Source of the DNA: Candidatus Kapaibacterium sp.
Lineage (GTDB): Bacteria; Bacteroidota; Ignavibacteria; Kapaibacteriales; UBA2268
Reading direction: 5' to 3'
Length of the DNA: 64,000 bases
Assembly: GCA_963664875.1 (NCBI GenBank)
Contig: OY761611.1
Coordinates: 1,835,656 to 1,899,655, forward strand
Shown: positions 47,901 through 57,141 of the stretch, piece by piece
Position numbering within the stretch: the first letter of the stretch is position 1
How the letters are laid out: every line of letters starts with the position of its first letter
Notes under the pieces: generated by a model
Told to the model about the DNA's origin: nothing
Seen by the model: the letters and a program-made list of their open reading frames with translations, nothing else
The model's database searches: none
Made by a program: the position numbers and the translations under genes

Positions 47901-48338
47901 AACTTCCCAATAAATATGAATTCAGGAACTTATGCAGCAGGTATAATTAAATTTACTCCTAATAGCAAAGGTTTGAAGACTGCGAGACTAATCATAAATA
48001 ACAATTCCGACGAGAGTAGGATTGTTGTTAATCTCAAAGGTGCCGGTGACCCTATTTCTTCAGTGGATAGAGGGGTTGCTCTCAAAAAAGCAATTTCTGT
48101 TTTCCCAAATCCTGCTAAAGAAAAAGTTAGCTTCAAATTTGAAATTGCTCTTCTATCTGAAACAGCAAATGTTAAAATCAATGACATAAAAGGACAAAAT
48201 GTCTTGACATTTGACAATCTTCAGCTGAATGATAAGCAAATTACTGTAGATTGCTCCGAGTTGAATTCAGGAACATATTTTGCTGATTTCGAAATTGGCG
48301 GCAAAAAATACTTAACGAAATTTGTTATTTCGAAATAG
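44952..48338 (+). CDS. S8 family serine peptidase (subtilase) fused to an Asp-box beta-propeller and a T9SS C-terminal sorting domain
   Basis: Catalytic triad contexts VIAIVDSGV, HGTHVAG and GTSMSSP. Asp-box repeats TNGGTSW, TDAGETW, EDAGAAW and NDGGNNW. C-terminal VFPNPAKEKVSFKF...GTYFADFE. Signal peptide present. Confidence 0.9.
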   Translation: MRFPIAMKAVIILIIAASYSGMANINNEAEFYTFKTRTVQTNKGVFGAASIKIERAPEQYFENAIIIKTIENTVVSSNQKSFSGTSLTQAIIDLNIKSIRNPIASSLKAEDPFALSNIYEVYFDSPVDPYDVCRELMKNPEIEYASPIYKREIHKAVSDPQAGVQYHLKEMNAEAAWDITTGDKNVVIAIVDSGVQTDHPDLAANIWTNPDEIANDGIDNDGNGKIDDIHGWDMVGNISQSDIAYGRWAEDNNPSPGVTTLNHGTHVAGCAAAVTDNAIGIASLGFNCSILPVKCSSESSSSGIYRGYEGIAYAADLGADIINCSWGGLGQAAYEQEIIDDATSKGSLVITSAGNESSYIDLSPTYPANYKNVLTVGATKAGGDVTFFSNYGIRVDVYAAGNDIYSTLPGSKYGKESGTSMSSPIVSGLAGLIKSLHPDWEAMQVAAQIRATADLVSKEKNMDNKFYCIANAYKALSVNNPINNKNGETTPGLKIFTYNQGNNMDFVFDGYAEKNLNIYVINYLSDATNVTVELEPLDNFIKLSETSFKFSDIESLYDEKISLKATLLDNCPWSEGYAYVLVKYKADNYEDFELMKLDIKTNQKTTFSKLSTKGDAPDFTDWTDIASADGSNFWCVGAGEEAYYGYLLKYNKVGGISASYLQTPAYDIEVINSSTAFVASNGRYDISKVSKTTNGGTSWTNCLTDSLTDFINQIHFYSAKNGIFLGNPKDGKWCVASTTDAGETWQRYSSFEALSDEISYPKSNCFNFGDIYFGTSEGRLFFSEDAGAAWSVKTVLPGKEIHFVEYIDKNRGIIIYSNKGDASRQFIAKTNDGGNNWTTEIKSFSGDNKIINTFRAQDGDEIYVVNHKGEVFSSNNLFDSMQPILSKRTQQVAVNGLYAKSGKGTLLQFGDFITSLEFNYDKKDAKSDLSVVTSRDLNFGYVAPGTSSSQQVILLASGNQNSYISTSEIENVDCEDGEFSIESNFPINMNSGTYAAGIIKFTPNSKGLKTARLIINNNSDESRIVVNLKGAGDPISSVDRGVALKKAISVFPNPAKEKVSFKFEIALLSETANVKINDIKGQNVLTFDNLQLNDKQITVDCSELNSGTYFADFEIGGKKYLTKFVISK

Positions 48339-48584
48339 CATGCTATATGCAAATTAAGTATATCTAACGATATTTATTACTTAAACTATCAAACTGAGGG
48401 GGACTTTGAGTCCTCCTTGTTTGATTTTCACCACCCATCCTCTAATTATTCTCACTCCGCATTATATCCAACTATCTCAGACGGCATCGAAATACTCTAT
48501 CATATTTTGTGTCTTTGTATGTTTTTAGTATAAAAAATACTTATATTCGTAAATTCTAAAAAGAGTTAACGGAGAGTAAATAAA

Positions 48585-49472
48585 GTGAGTGAATTAGTAA
48601 AAAGAATTAGCGTTGCTTTGGTGGGTATTCCTTTATTCATAGGGATGTTATATATGGGTGAATGGTGGTTTACGGCTTTTGTAACACTAATTTCGCTCGG
48701 TGCGCTTATCGAATATTACAATATGGAAAAGCACAAAGACGCTCAGGCTGTCAAGCGACCATCTATAGCCATTGGTGCCTTACTACCAATTTCTTTTTAT
48801 TACTCGCTGGTAAATATTTCTGCTACTGCCTCTTTTGCAATAGTTATCGCATTATTGTTTGCTATTCCTGCATTATCTCTGATATTTGAAATTTTTTCCG
48901 GCAGAAAAAATTCTGTTTTGAATTTTTCCGCATCGCTCTCAGGCATATTTTATATCTCGCTTCCTATGGTTTCAATGATTATGTTGCGAAATTTTAACGG
49001 AGTTACTTCAATATTCCCTGAGGGAACTTATTCTTATTTTGCTTCATGGGCGTATTCCGATTTCGCTTGGTTGGTCTTGCTTGTGCTTTCTGCTATCTGG
49101 ATTTGCGACTCTGCAGCTTACTTTGGCGGTATGGCTATGGGCAAACACAAATTATTTGAAAGAGTAAGCCCAAAAAAAACTTGGGAAGGTGCTCTATGGG
49201 GCTTTGTCGGAGCCGTTGCAGGTTCATACTTTCTTGGTGAAGCTATTTTGCCGGAGCACCCTTCATTCCTGACTATAATAATCGGAATTGTTGCGGGAGT
49301 TTTTGGGCAAATAGGTGATCTTGGAGAATCCCTTTTAAAAAGAGACGCCGGCATCAAAGACAGTTCCAACTTTTTCCCCGGCCATGGAGGATTTTTAGAT
49401 AGATTTGACAGTGTCCTTTTTGTTTTTCCGATACTTACAGCAGCATTGATTTTGTTCGGCTATTTTCTTTAA
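48585..49472 (+). CDS. cdsA: Phosphatidate cytidylyltransferase
   Basis: Signature SLLKRDAGIKDSSNFFPGHGGFLDRFDS in a multi-TM protein. GTG start. Confidence 0.87.
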   Translation: MSELVKRISVALVGIPLFIGMLYMGEWWFTAFVTLISLGALIEYYNMEKHKDAQAVKRPSIAIGALLPISFYYSLVNISATASFAIVIALLFAIPALSLIFEIFSGRKNSVLNFSASLSGIFYISLPMVSMIMLRNFNGVTSIFPEGTYSYFASWAYSDFAWLVLLVLSAIWICDSAAYFGGMAMGKHKLFERVSPKKTWEGALWGFVGAVAGSYFLGEAILPEHPSFLTIIIGIVAGVFGQIGDLGESLLKRDAGIKDSSNFFPGHGGFLDRFDSVLFVFPILTAALILFGYFL

Positions 49473-49507
49473 TTAGTTACTAGATTTTTTTTTAAATGCC
49501 GAATTTT

Positions 49508-50401
49508 TTATTCGCAATCAAGCATATTTTTAATACCTGTTTGTAAATCTGACGGAGCAAAATCTATTTCTCGGAGAGTTTTAATATTTGTAAGCCCACC
49601 GCTTTCAGGTCGTTGTGCTTTTTGAACAAGTGAAGAAGACGGCACAGGACTAATAAGAGAACTATCCAAACCGATAGCCCGAGCTGTTTCAAGTGCAATA
49701 TTGTACCTATCAGCAAGAAATGAGCCTGCTACATTAAAAATGCCCATACTGTTTTTTTGAATAAATCTCAGAACTGCCTCGGCTATATCCTGCGAATAAG
49801 TTGGATTGCCTGATTGTCCTGTGATAATATTCAATTTCCTGTTCTGTCTAAGGTTATCAATTATCCAGCGTATGAAATCACTTTTCCCATAGCTTGAATT
49901 ACCATATACGATATTGGTACGGATAATCAGAAAATTCGTGTGATTAGCCCGAATTAGATTTTCACCTGCAAGTTTCGATTTACCATAAAAAGACAAAGGA
50001 TTGGGCAATTCATCTTCTGTATAGGGACCATTTTTACCGTCAAAAATGTAATCCGTAGAAAAATGTATGAGTTTGCTGTCGAGTGATCTTGAAATTTTTG
50101 CTAATGTTTCCGGCAACTCAGCATTGATTGACATTGCTTCGTGTTTGTTATCCTCACATGCATCTACATTAGTATATGCAGCTGCATTTATGATTATAGA
50201 TGGAGTGAACTCTCGTATAGTCTGACGTAAAGACTTTTTGTCTGTAAGGTTTACATTTGCTATTGATACATTAGGCAAAAAACTATGCTCAGAACGATTG
50301 CTGATTATTAAAATTTCGCTTTCTGTTCTCGATTTTAATACTTTGCAAACGGCTTCACCTACTTTTCCGGTAGCACCCAAAAGCACTATTTTGTGTTTCA
50401 T
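49508..50401 (-). CDS. rfbD: dTDP-4-dehydrorhamnose reductase
   Basis: LLGATGKVG Rossmann motif, FSTDYIFDG, and the catalytic YGKSKLAGE motif. Confidence 0.85.
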   Translation of the reverse strand: MKHKIVLLGATGKVGEAVCKVLKSRTESEILIISNRSEHSFLPNVSIANVNLTDKKSLRQTIREFTPSIIINAAAYTNVDACEDNKHEAMSINAELPETLAKISRSLDSKLIHFSTDYIFDGKNGPYTEDELPNPLSFYGKSKLAGENLIRANHTNFLIIRTNIVYGNSSYGKSDFIRWIIDNLRQNRKLNIITGQSGNPTYSQDIAEAVLRFIQKNSMGIFNVAGSFLADRYNIALETARAIGLDSSLISPVPSSSLVQKAQRPESGGLTNIKTLREIDFAPSDLQTGIKNMLDCE

Positions 50402-50551
50402 CTCAAGTCAGACCCAATGATTCAGAAAAAAGTCAACTCACAAACTTAGTAAAACTTTACTAAAAATTGGCCTCGAAATCAGTAAAACCGGTATTTAACG
50501 TTGTACGTAGGGCAATATCAGTTTTTTGGATATTCCCGGATTTGCTGCTTA

Positions 50552-51319
50552 TCAAAACGTACTTACATATTCAAATACTAAACTCCTTCTAAAACCTGCT
50601 GCATGTTGATAATGTTCCAAAACGTCTCTTGCCTGAAGCTCTACAGTAATGCCGTTATAGATTGACCAACGTAATGATAGATTGAGCATCCCTTTTTTAT
50701 TCATTACTTCTGTATTATATTCATCCATTGTCGGATTGAACTCCAAATTAAGCGAACCTTTGCTACCGAGAGATTGCTCCATACCGACATAGAAGTTTGG
50801 TGAGCGATTGTCTGAGGGAGGATCAAAAGAATAGTTGATGCCACCGTGAAAAGCAATATTGCCAAGAGCCCAAATATAGTTTTTACTTAACGCAAGATAA
50901 ATTCCTGCTGAGTTAGTCATAAATCTTTCCGAGCCCTTCAGATATGATTCTCTGCCCTGAGTATTGACCCCAATTAATATAGCAGGTAAACTAACTCGTT
51001 CATCAAACAGGCGAAGTTTGAGCTGAATCCCGGGTATATTTTGCCACTCGACACTTCCCATTCCGATAATGTTAGTACCGCTGTAGCTAAAGCCCATATT
51101 GAAATTTGTAAAAGGAGCAGCACTCAGAGCAACCATCACTCCACCTTGAGGATAGGTTTGAGTATAAATCGAAAAATCCCCTTTGCGAAGCACGCCGGCT
51201 GTTGCTTGATCAATTATGTATATGGACTCGTAGCTCGCACCGTCACCTGCTGAACCTTGAGCAAAAGATATCGGCAGCGAAGTCAAAAAGATAAGAATAC
51301 AAGTTAATATTAAACGCAT
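50552..51319 (-). CDS. Hypothetical outer-membrane beta-barrel protein
   Basis: Signal peptide ending SFAQ, beta-strand periodicity, and a C-terminal ...FEYVSTF aromatic terminus. Confidence 0.55.
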   Translation of the reverse strand: MRLILTCILIFLTSLPISFAQGSAGDGASYESIYIIDQATAGVLRKGDFSIYTQTYPQGGVMVALSAAPFTNFNMGFSYSGTNIIGMGSVEWQNIPGIQLKLRLFDERVSLPAILIGVNTQGRESYLKGSERFMTNSAGIYLALSKNYIWALGNIAFHGGINYSFDPPSDNRSPNFYVGMEQSLGSKGSLNLEFNPTMDEYNTEVMNKKGMLNLSLRWSIYNGITVELQARDVLEHYQHAAGFRRSLVFEYVSTF

Positions 51320-51481
51320 TTTCCCCCCGTTGTAGCTTGTTTTATTCTGAATTTTAAAAATATCAAAAAATATTGAAAATTTTATGCCAATTATCTTATT
51401 TTATTTCTTTGGTTTTTTTTATATTCTATAATATTATGATGCAATATCAGATGTCTTTTAGAAAGAGGGGGAAGAAAAGAG

Positions 51482-52297
51482 ATGAAACTTAGAAAAATAG
51501 CATTATTGTTTGTCCTATTTTCGTTTTTTGCAGGTTGTGGTGGAGTCAATTTCAATTCGATTGATAATATACCTTTGCCGCCGGATATAACTATTCATTC
51601 TGAAGGCAAATCTGCCAAAATCACTATATCATGGCTATTCGAAGGCAATAAAAATAACGAGCTATATAGAGCTGTTCGCTCATTTAATAAAGTTGAAGCT
51701 GCAATCGGCGAATGGACAGACGGCAATATAAAAGAAATCAAACCTGTAAAATCTTCTTTTGCTCCCGGCAAAGATGAAAAAGAACTTGTGTCATATTTTG
51801 CACAGGGTACTCTACCTAAGTCTGAAAATTTTTCTGCTGAAACACCGATTTTTATAAAATTTACGGCGGGGGAAAAAGTCTATAAATTTATATCAACTGT
51901 AAAAGATGCAACTCCGGATAAAGAAAATAAGCCGACAGCTCTTACTCTCATTCCATACTTTGAAAAGACGCTACGCGGTTTGAATATTTATACTTTAGTA
52001 TTCCGCAAATTTACAGTTAAAGATGAGTACCACCCCGACGGTGAAAAATATAGAGTTCGCATTTACAATCAAAAAGGCAAAATGGTTTGGGCTTCTGATT
52101 ACAATGCAGATTTTACTCAGGCATTAGAAAAAGTTAAACCTGAAGAGGAAGGTGCTAACTATTTGTACAACCAATATTGGGACGGTAAAGATATCAGTGG
52201 CGAAAAAGCTGAGCCGGGTCTGTATGAGTTTAGAATAACTATACCTGCTTTCCCTATTCCTTACCAGACATCAGTTTATTACCAATGGGGTAAATAA
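51482..52297 (+). CDS. Hypothetical lipoprotein
   Basis: LFSFFAGC lipobox. C-terminal Ig-like segment (GLYEFRITIP). Its stop codon overlaps the ribD ATG (TAATG). Confidence 0.55.
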   Translation: MKLRKIALLFVLFSFFAGCGGVNFNSIDNIPLPPDITIHSEGKSAKITISWLFEGNKNNELYRAVRSFNKVEAAIGEWTDGNIKEIKPVKSSFAPGKDEKELVSYFAQGTLPKSENFSAETPIFIKFTAGEKVYKFISTVKDATPDKENKPTALTLIPYFEKTLRGLNIYTLVFRKFTVKDEYHPDGEKYRVRIYNQKGKMVWASDYNADFTQALEKVKPEEEGANYLYNQYWDGKDISGEKAEPGLYEFRITIPAFPIPYQTSVYYQWGK

Positions 52298-53400
52298 TGT
52301 CCGAAATTGAAGCTATGCGTCGTGCGATTATGCTCGCTCTCAAGGGTAGTGGCTACGTAAGCCCTAATCCGAGGGTGGGAGCAGTGATATTAGACGAAAA
52401 TAATGAAGTTATTGCCGAAGGTTGGCATCATGAATTTGGTGCTTTCCATGCAGAAATTGACGCTATAAATAATAGTAGCAGAGATACTTTCGAAGGTTGC
52501 ACTATGGTAGTCAATCTCGAGCCATGCACCCATGAAGGCAAGACTCCCCCTTGTGCTCCTGAGCTTATCAATCGAAGATTTTCCAAAGTTGTAGTCGGCA
52601 TGGAAGACCCCAACACTCTTGTAGCAGGTAGCGGCATCAGAATGATGAAAGAAGCCGGAATTGAAGTCATAACAGGCGTACTCGAAGAGGAGGCAAAATG
52701 GGTCAATCGCTTTTTTGCTAAGCATATTACAACAGGAATGCCCTATGTTATAGCCAAAATGGCTCAGACCATTGACGGATGCATCGCCACTAAACTTGGC
52801 AGCTCAAAATGGATTAGCTGTGAAGAAAGCAGAAAAAGAGGGCATGCCCTGAGAGCTCAAACAGACGGAATTTTGATAGGAAGAAATACGGCACAAACCG
52901 ACAATCCACAGCTTACTGTCAGAAATGTTGAAGGAAGAAATCCTAAAAGAATCGTATTCGATACCAAACTCAATCTACTGTTAGATTTAAATATCTTTAA
53001 AGGTGACCTTAGAGAAAACACTGTTGTATGTTGCTCCAAAGATGCCAATGCAAGAAAAATTGAAACACTTAAGATGGCTGGCCTGACTGTAGTAAAACTT
53101 GACACAGGTGCAGATGGTAAAATTGATTTAAAAAATGCGCTTAAAACACTTTCAGAGCAATGCGGTCTAACTTCGATTTTGCTCGAAGGCGGCGCCTCAA
53201 TGTACTCCTCCTTTTTCGATCAGGACTTAATAGACGAATACCACATATTTATGGCACCCAAAGCATTCGGAACAGGCGTGCATACATTTAATGATTTGAA
53301 GGTAAACTATGTCAATCAGGCAAAAAACTTCAAAATCAAAGCAGTCTCTAAATGTGGCGAAGATATTCACATAATTGGTTTACGAGACGACAATAAATAG
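52297..53400 (+). CDS. ribD: Bifunctional diaminohydroxyphosphoribosylaminopyrimidine deaminase / 5-amino-6-(5-phosphoribosylamino)uracil reductase
   Basis: Deaminase zinc motifs HAEIDAI and PCTHEGKTPPC. Reductase half has AQTIDGCIA and ILLEGGASM. Confidence 0.92.
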   Translation: MSEIEAMRRAIMLALKGSGYVSPNPRVGAVILDENNEVIAEGWHHEFGAFHAEIDAINNSSRDTFEGCTMVVNLEPCTHEGKTPPCAPELINRRFSKVVVGMEDPNTLVAGSGIRMMKEAGIEVITGVLEEEAKWVNRFFAKHITTGMPYVIAKMAQTIDGCIATKLGSSKWISCEESRKRGHALRAQTDGILIGRNTAQTDNPQLTVRNVEGRNPKRIVFDTKLNLLLDLNIFKGDLRENTVVCCSKDANARKIETLKMAGLTVVKLDTGADGKIDLKNALKTLSEQCGLTSILLEGGASMYSSFFDQDLIDEYHIFMAPKAFGTGVHTFNDLKVNYVNQAKNFKIKAVSKCGEDIHIIGLRDDNK

Positions 53401-53439
53401 AGAAATCAATTTCGACTACTCTTAAAAAAACTTTCGCAC

Positions 53440-53475
53440 AGAGCAGAGGAAATGAATAATTCCTTTGCTCTTTTT
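53440..53475 (+). terminator. Rho-independent terminator after ribD
   Basis: AGAGCAGAGGA / TCCTTTGCTCT stem (one mismatch) followed by T5. Confidence 0.7.
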
Positions 53476-53877
53476 GTATTATATATGCTATTTTTGTAAT
53501 ATCATTTTGACATTATTTTTTGGTATTGCATTAGCATTGGTAATGATGCCTGCAATTTTTTTATCTGTTGTTTCTTTAATGATTTGAATGCCTGCTCACC
53601 GGACAGCATCAGTAAGTCCACAGGAATTGCTCAAATCTTTAATATTTCGCCTAAATTGACTTGTTTTTTCTGTTTTTTCGTTCTATCACTCCTTTATAAT
53701 GTCAATAATTACCAATACCCATATATACGTAAGAATTGAAATAAATCTTGATTTATTGCCTTTTTTTTTATATAATGTAGGTCTAATTAAGTAATTACGG
53801 ACTGTTATGTCCTCCGAGGGCTAACTACTAAAGGGTAATTTATGGTAAGTTGAATCTTATAATCGGGAGAAAGGTAT

Positions 53878-55815
53878 ATGAGCTATTCTATAGCTATACC
53901 CGGACAGCAAAGCGTTCAGGAGCTGGGGAAAAACAATTTTATCCTGAATACGGAAGTATGCCAAAGGCTATTGGCTGATGAGATAGAAGCAATGGAGATT
54001 GATTTCAAAGGTACTATTCAAGATTTATTGCAGATTTTGTGGTTTGTAAACAAACCAATACACGACGTACTGATTTCAGATAAAAATTTGACAGACAAGA
54101 GAAATTATCTCTACTACTATCTAAGCAAGCGAGAAATGGATTTGCTATCTGCAGATAACCATTTGCACGCACTCGAAAATGCAACAATACAAAATGCAAT
54201 CACCGCTTGTAAAAATATTTTTGGTCCTCTGTACGAAAAACAAACCGGCGTTTCTGCTTTAGAAATATTGGTTAATCTGGCACAGAATAATTTTCAGCAT
54301 CCCGAAAATGAGGTTTCCGCCGCATTTTTGATGGAATTTATTATGCTTTTTAAAGCTTTAGAGGGCAATTCTCACATTTACCGTCATTCTGTAGTTAGCG
54401 AAGAAATACCTGTATTTTTAGAGCTGCACGGCAGAGAAGCTGCTCTTAAAAGAATGGAACTTCTGGACGGTATCGGCGAAAAACAGTTGAGCTACATAAA
54501 CAAATTCCCTTCAGGTCTGCAATTTGATGTGATCGAGAAAAGAGAAGAAAACAAGAAAAGGATTTTGGATTACTTCAATGCAGACGAAGAAAATTGGGAC
54601 GATTATATATGGCAGACAACTCATGTAATAAAATCCGCCGAGCCCATTTTAGATCTAATTGATTTGCCGGACGAATACAAAGAAGCTGTAAAAATAGCCG
54701 TTGATAATAAAATACCTTTTGGTATCACTCCGTACTATTTGTCGCTCATGGATAAAAATCCTGAGAGTGGTGATGACCATGCAGTTCGCTCCATGGTGTT
54801 ACCTCCTTTGGACTTTGTCAATGCCATGGTAGAACACCGCTCTGATAGAGATATGGCGTTTGACTTCATGGGTGAGCACGATACTTCGCCTGTGGATTTG
54901 GTTACTCGCCGCTATCCGAGGATTGCTATTGTCAAACCCTTCAATACTTGTGCACAAATATGTGTTTATTGCCAGAGGAATTGGGAGATAGACGAATGCC
55001 TTGACCCTCATGCTATGGCTCCCAAACAGACAATTGATAATGCTTTTGCATGGTTAGATGATCATCCTAGCGTAGGCGATGTGCTTATTACAGGCGGCGA
55101 TCCTCTGGTAATGAAAGATAGCCAGATAGAAAGAATGCTCCAGATTTGCTCTGAAAAAGAGCAGGTTTACCGTGTACGATTTGGTACTCGAACTCCTGTG
55201 GTAATGCCTCAGAGATGGACTGATAATCTTTTGGAAATTATCGAAAAATACCACAATCCACCAAAGTTAGAGATAGCAATAGTTACTCACTTCGAACATT
55301 CCTATGAAATAACTCCGGAAGCTCTAAAAGCTATTCGAAAGATTAGAAAAGCCGGCGTTTCTGTTTATAATCAGGAAGTGTTCACCATCGAAAATTCACG
55401 TCGCTTCGAATCAGTAAAACTTAGACGCGATTTGAAGTCAATAGGCATCGATCCCTACTATACTTTCAATATGAAAGGTAAAGGCGAGACCAAAAGATAT
55501 ATGGTACCTATCGCAAGATTATTACAGGAAAGGAAAGAGGAAGCCCGCTTACTTCCGGGACTTGACAGAACAGACGAGCCTGTATTTAATGTACCTCGTC
55601 TGGGGAAAAATCACCTCAGGGCAGGTCAAGACCATAAATTGATAATGATTAAACCAAACGGTTCACGTGTTTATGAATTTCATCCGTGGGAAAAAAATAT
55701 CTCTGCTGTGCCGTCTTACAATTACACAGATGTCCCAATCTACAACTATCTTGTAGAGCTTCATAACAGAGGCGAAGATGTTATAGACTATCACACCATC
55801 TGGTACTACTACTAA
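53878..55815 (+). CDS. KamA family radical SAM protein (lysine 2,3-aminomutase-like) with an N-terminal extension
   Basis: CAQICVYCQR radical SAM cluster motif, ITPYYLSLMD, VLITGGDPLV and the W..Y.WQ entry motif all align to clostridial KamA. About 225 extra N-terminal residues. Confidence 0.85.
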   Translation: MSYSIAIPGQQSVQELGKNNFILNTEVCQRLLADEIEAMEIDFKGTIQDLLQILWFVNKPIHDVLISDKNLTDKRNYLYYYLSKREMDLLSADNHLHALENATIQNAITACKNIFGPLYEKQTGVSALEILVNLAQNNFQHPENEVSAAFLMEFIMLFKALEGNSHIYRHSVVSEEIPVFLELHGREAALKRMELLDGIGEKQLSYINKFPSGLQFDVIEKREENKKRILDYFNADEENWDDYIWQTTHVIKSAEPILDLIDLPDEYKEAVKIAVDNKIPFGITPYYLSLMDKNPESGDDHAVRSMVLPPLDFVNAMVEHRSDRDMAFDFMGEHDTSPVDLVTRRYPRIAIVKPFNTCAQICVYCQRNWEIDECLDPHAMAPKQTIDNAFAWLDDHPSVGDVLITGGDPLVMKDSQIERMLQICSEKEQVYRVRFGTRTPVVMPQRWTDNLLEIIEKYHNPPKLEIAIVTHFEHSYEITPEALKAIRKIRKAGVSVYNQEVFTIENSRRFESVKLRRDLKSIGIDPYYTFNMKGKGETKRYMVPIARLLQERKEEARLLPGLDRTDEPVFNVPRLGKNHLRAGQDHKLIMIKPNGSRVYEFHPWEKNISAVPSYNYTDVPIYNYLVELHNRGEDVIDYHTIWYYY

Positions 55816-55875
55816 ACTTACTAAAATAAAGTAGAATAAGACATCGCAATAATATAAACAGATTCCCAATACACC

Positions 55876-55922
55876 TACCCTCAAAAGTTAGTCAATACAA
55901 CTTTTGAGGGTATTCTTTTTTA
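55876..55922 (+). terminator. Rho-independent terminator
   Basis: TACCCTCAAAAGTT / AACTTTTGAGGGTA 14-bp stem followed by a T-run. Confidence 0.8.
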
Positions 55923-56117
55923 AAGTGATACAGTTCAATAATAGAAACCAACAAATAACTATCTTCATCTGTTGTCGCATCATAAGAAAACCTACGAAAT
56001 TACTGCTGCAAGCATGGAATTATCATCAGAACCATAAAGAATAAAGAACCTGTTAAAATTGAATAAATAATCATAAGAGCTTTTCGTGTTAAATATATAT
56101 ATAAAAAGGAGCTTGTT

Positions 56118-56933
56118 ATGATTGATAAGTCAGACCCTAAAAAGTATGATGAAAATGGTAGAATCAAATCGAAATTCTACCATCAGGAACTTCAAAATTT
56201 GCAAATGGAACTTGTAAAACTTCAGCATTGGGTTCATCATCAAAAGTTAAAAGTAGTTATCATTTTTGAGGGCAGAGATGCCGCCGGAAAAGGTGGAATC
56301 ATCAAAAGGATACTCGAGCCTCTCAATCCCAGAATAGCAAGAGTTGTGGCTCTGACTAAGCCATCTGACAAAGAGCAGACACAATGGTATTTCCAGAGGT
56401 ATGTTTCTCATCTTCCGGCTGGTGGTGAAATTGTAGTGTTCGACAGAAGCTGGTACAACAGAGCCGGTGTCGAACGCGTTATGGGATTTTGCTCAGATGC
56501 TGAGTATGAAGAGTTTTTGCGCTCCTGCCCCGAATTTGAAAGAATGCTTATCCGTTCCGGCGTAATACTTCTGAAATATTGGATTTCAGTCAGCGAAGAC
56601 GAACAGGAAAGAAGATTCAGAGACAGAGCAATAGACCCTAAAAAGCGTTGGAAACTATCTCCAATAGATCTGGCTTCATTTGATAAATGGGTAGAATACA
56701 GCAGGGCTAAAGACGAAATGTTTAAATATACTGACACAAAAAAATCCCCTTGGTACGATGTGATAGCTGATGATAAAAAAAGAGCAAGGCTTAACGTCAT
56801 CGCTCACATTCTTTCCAAAATTCAATATGAAAATGTTATTCCTGAGCCGTTCGAGTTCCCTGAAAGGACTCTGCGCTCAGCTACAGTGCGTATTCCAATA
56901 GAAGATATTAATTTTGTACCTGAAGTGTACTAA
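56118..56933 (+). CDS. ppk2: Polyphosphate kinase 2 (single-domain PPK2)
   Basis: FEGRDAAGKGG Walker A, WYFQRY, and the lid FDRSWYNRAGVERVMGF. 271 aa. Confidence 0.92.
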   Translation: MIDKSDPKKYDENGRIKSKFYHQELQNLQMELVKLQHWVHHQKLKVVIIFEGRDAAGKGGIIKRILEPLNPRIARVVALTKPSDKEQTQWYFQRYVSHLPAGGEIVVFDRSWYNRAGVERVMGFCSDAEYEEFLRSCPEFERMLIRSGVILLKYWISVSEDEQERRFRDRAIDPKKRWKLSPIDLASFDKWVEYSRAKDEMFKYTDTKKSPWYDVIADDKKRARLNVIAHILSKIQYENVIPEPFEFPERTLRSATVRIPIEDINFVPEVY

Positions 56934-57141
56934 TATACAAGTACAAAGAGAATCTAAATATATACTTTAAAGAAATGGCAGCAATATGCAAGGAAGTTTG
57001 TATTAGCGTGCCATTTTTTTATTGAAAAATAAAACAAATCAAAGTTATTATATGGTTATTAATTCTTGCATATAGTAAACATATTTATTATCTTGTTTTT
57101 ACGCTTTTACAATTTTCATTTATCAATTCAGGTTATTAAAT

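Noticed and set aside
51320-51481. FMN riboswitch upstream of the ribD transcription unit
   Set aside because: The region is short, AT-rich and shows no multi-stem RFN architecture or conserved G-rich core.
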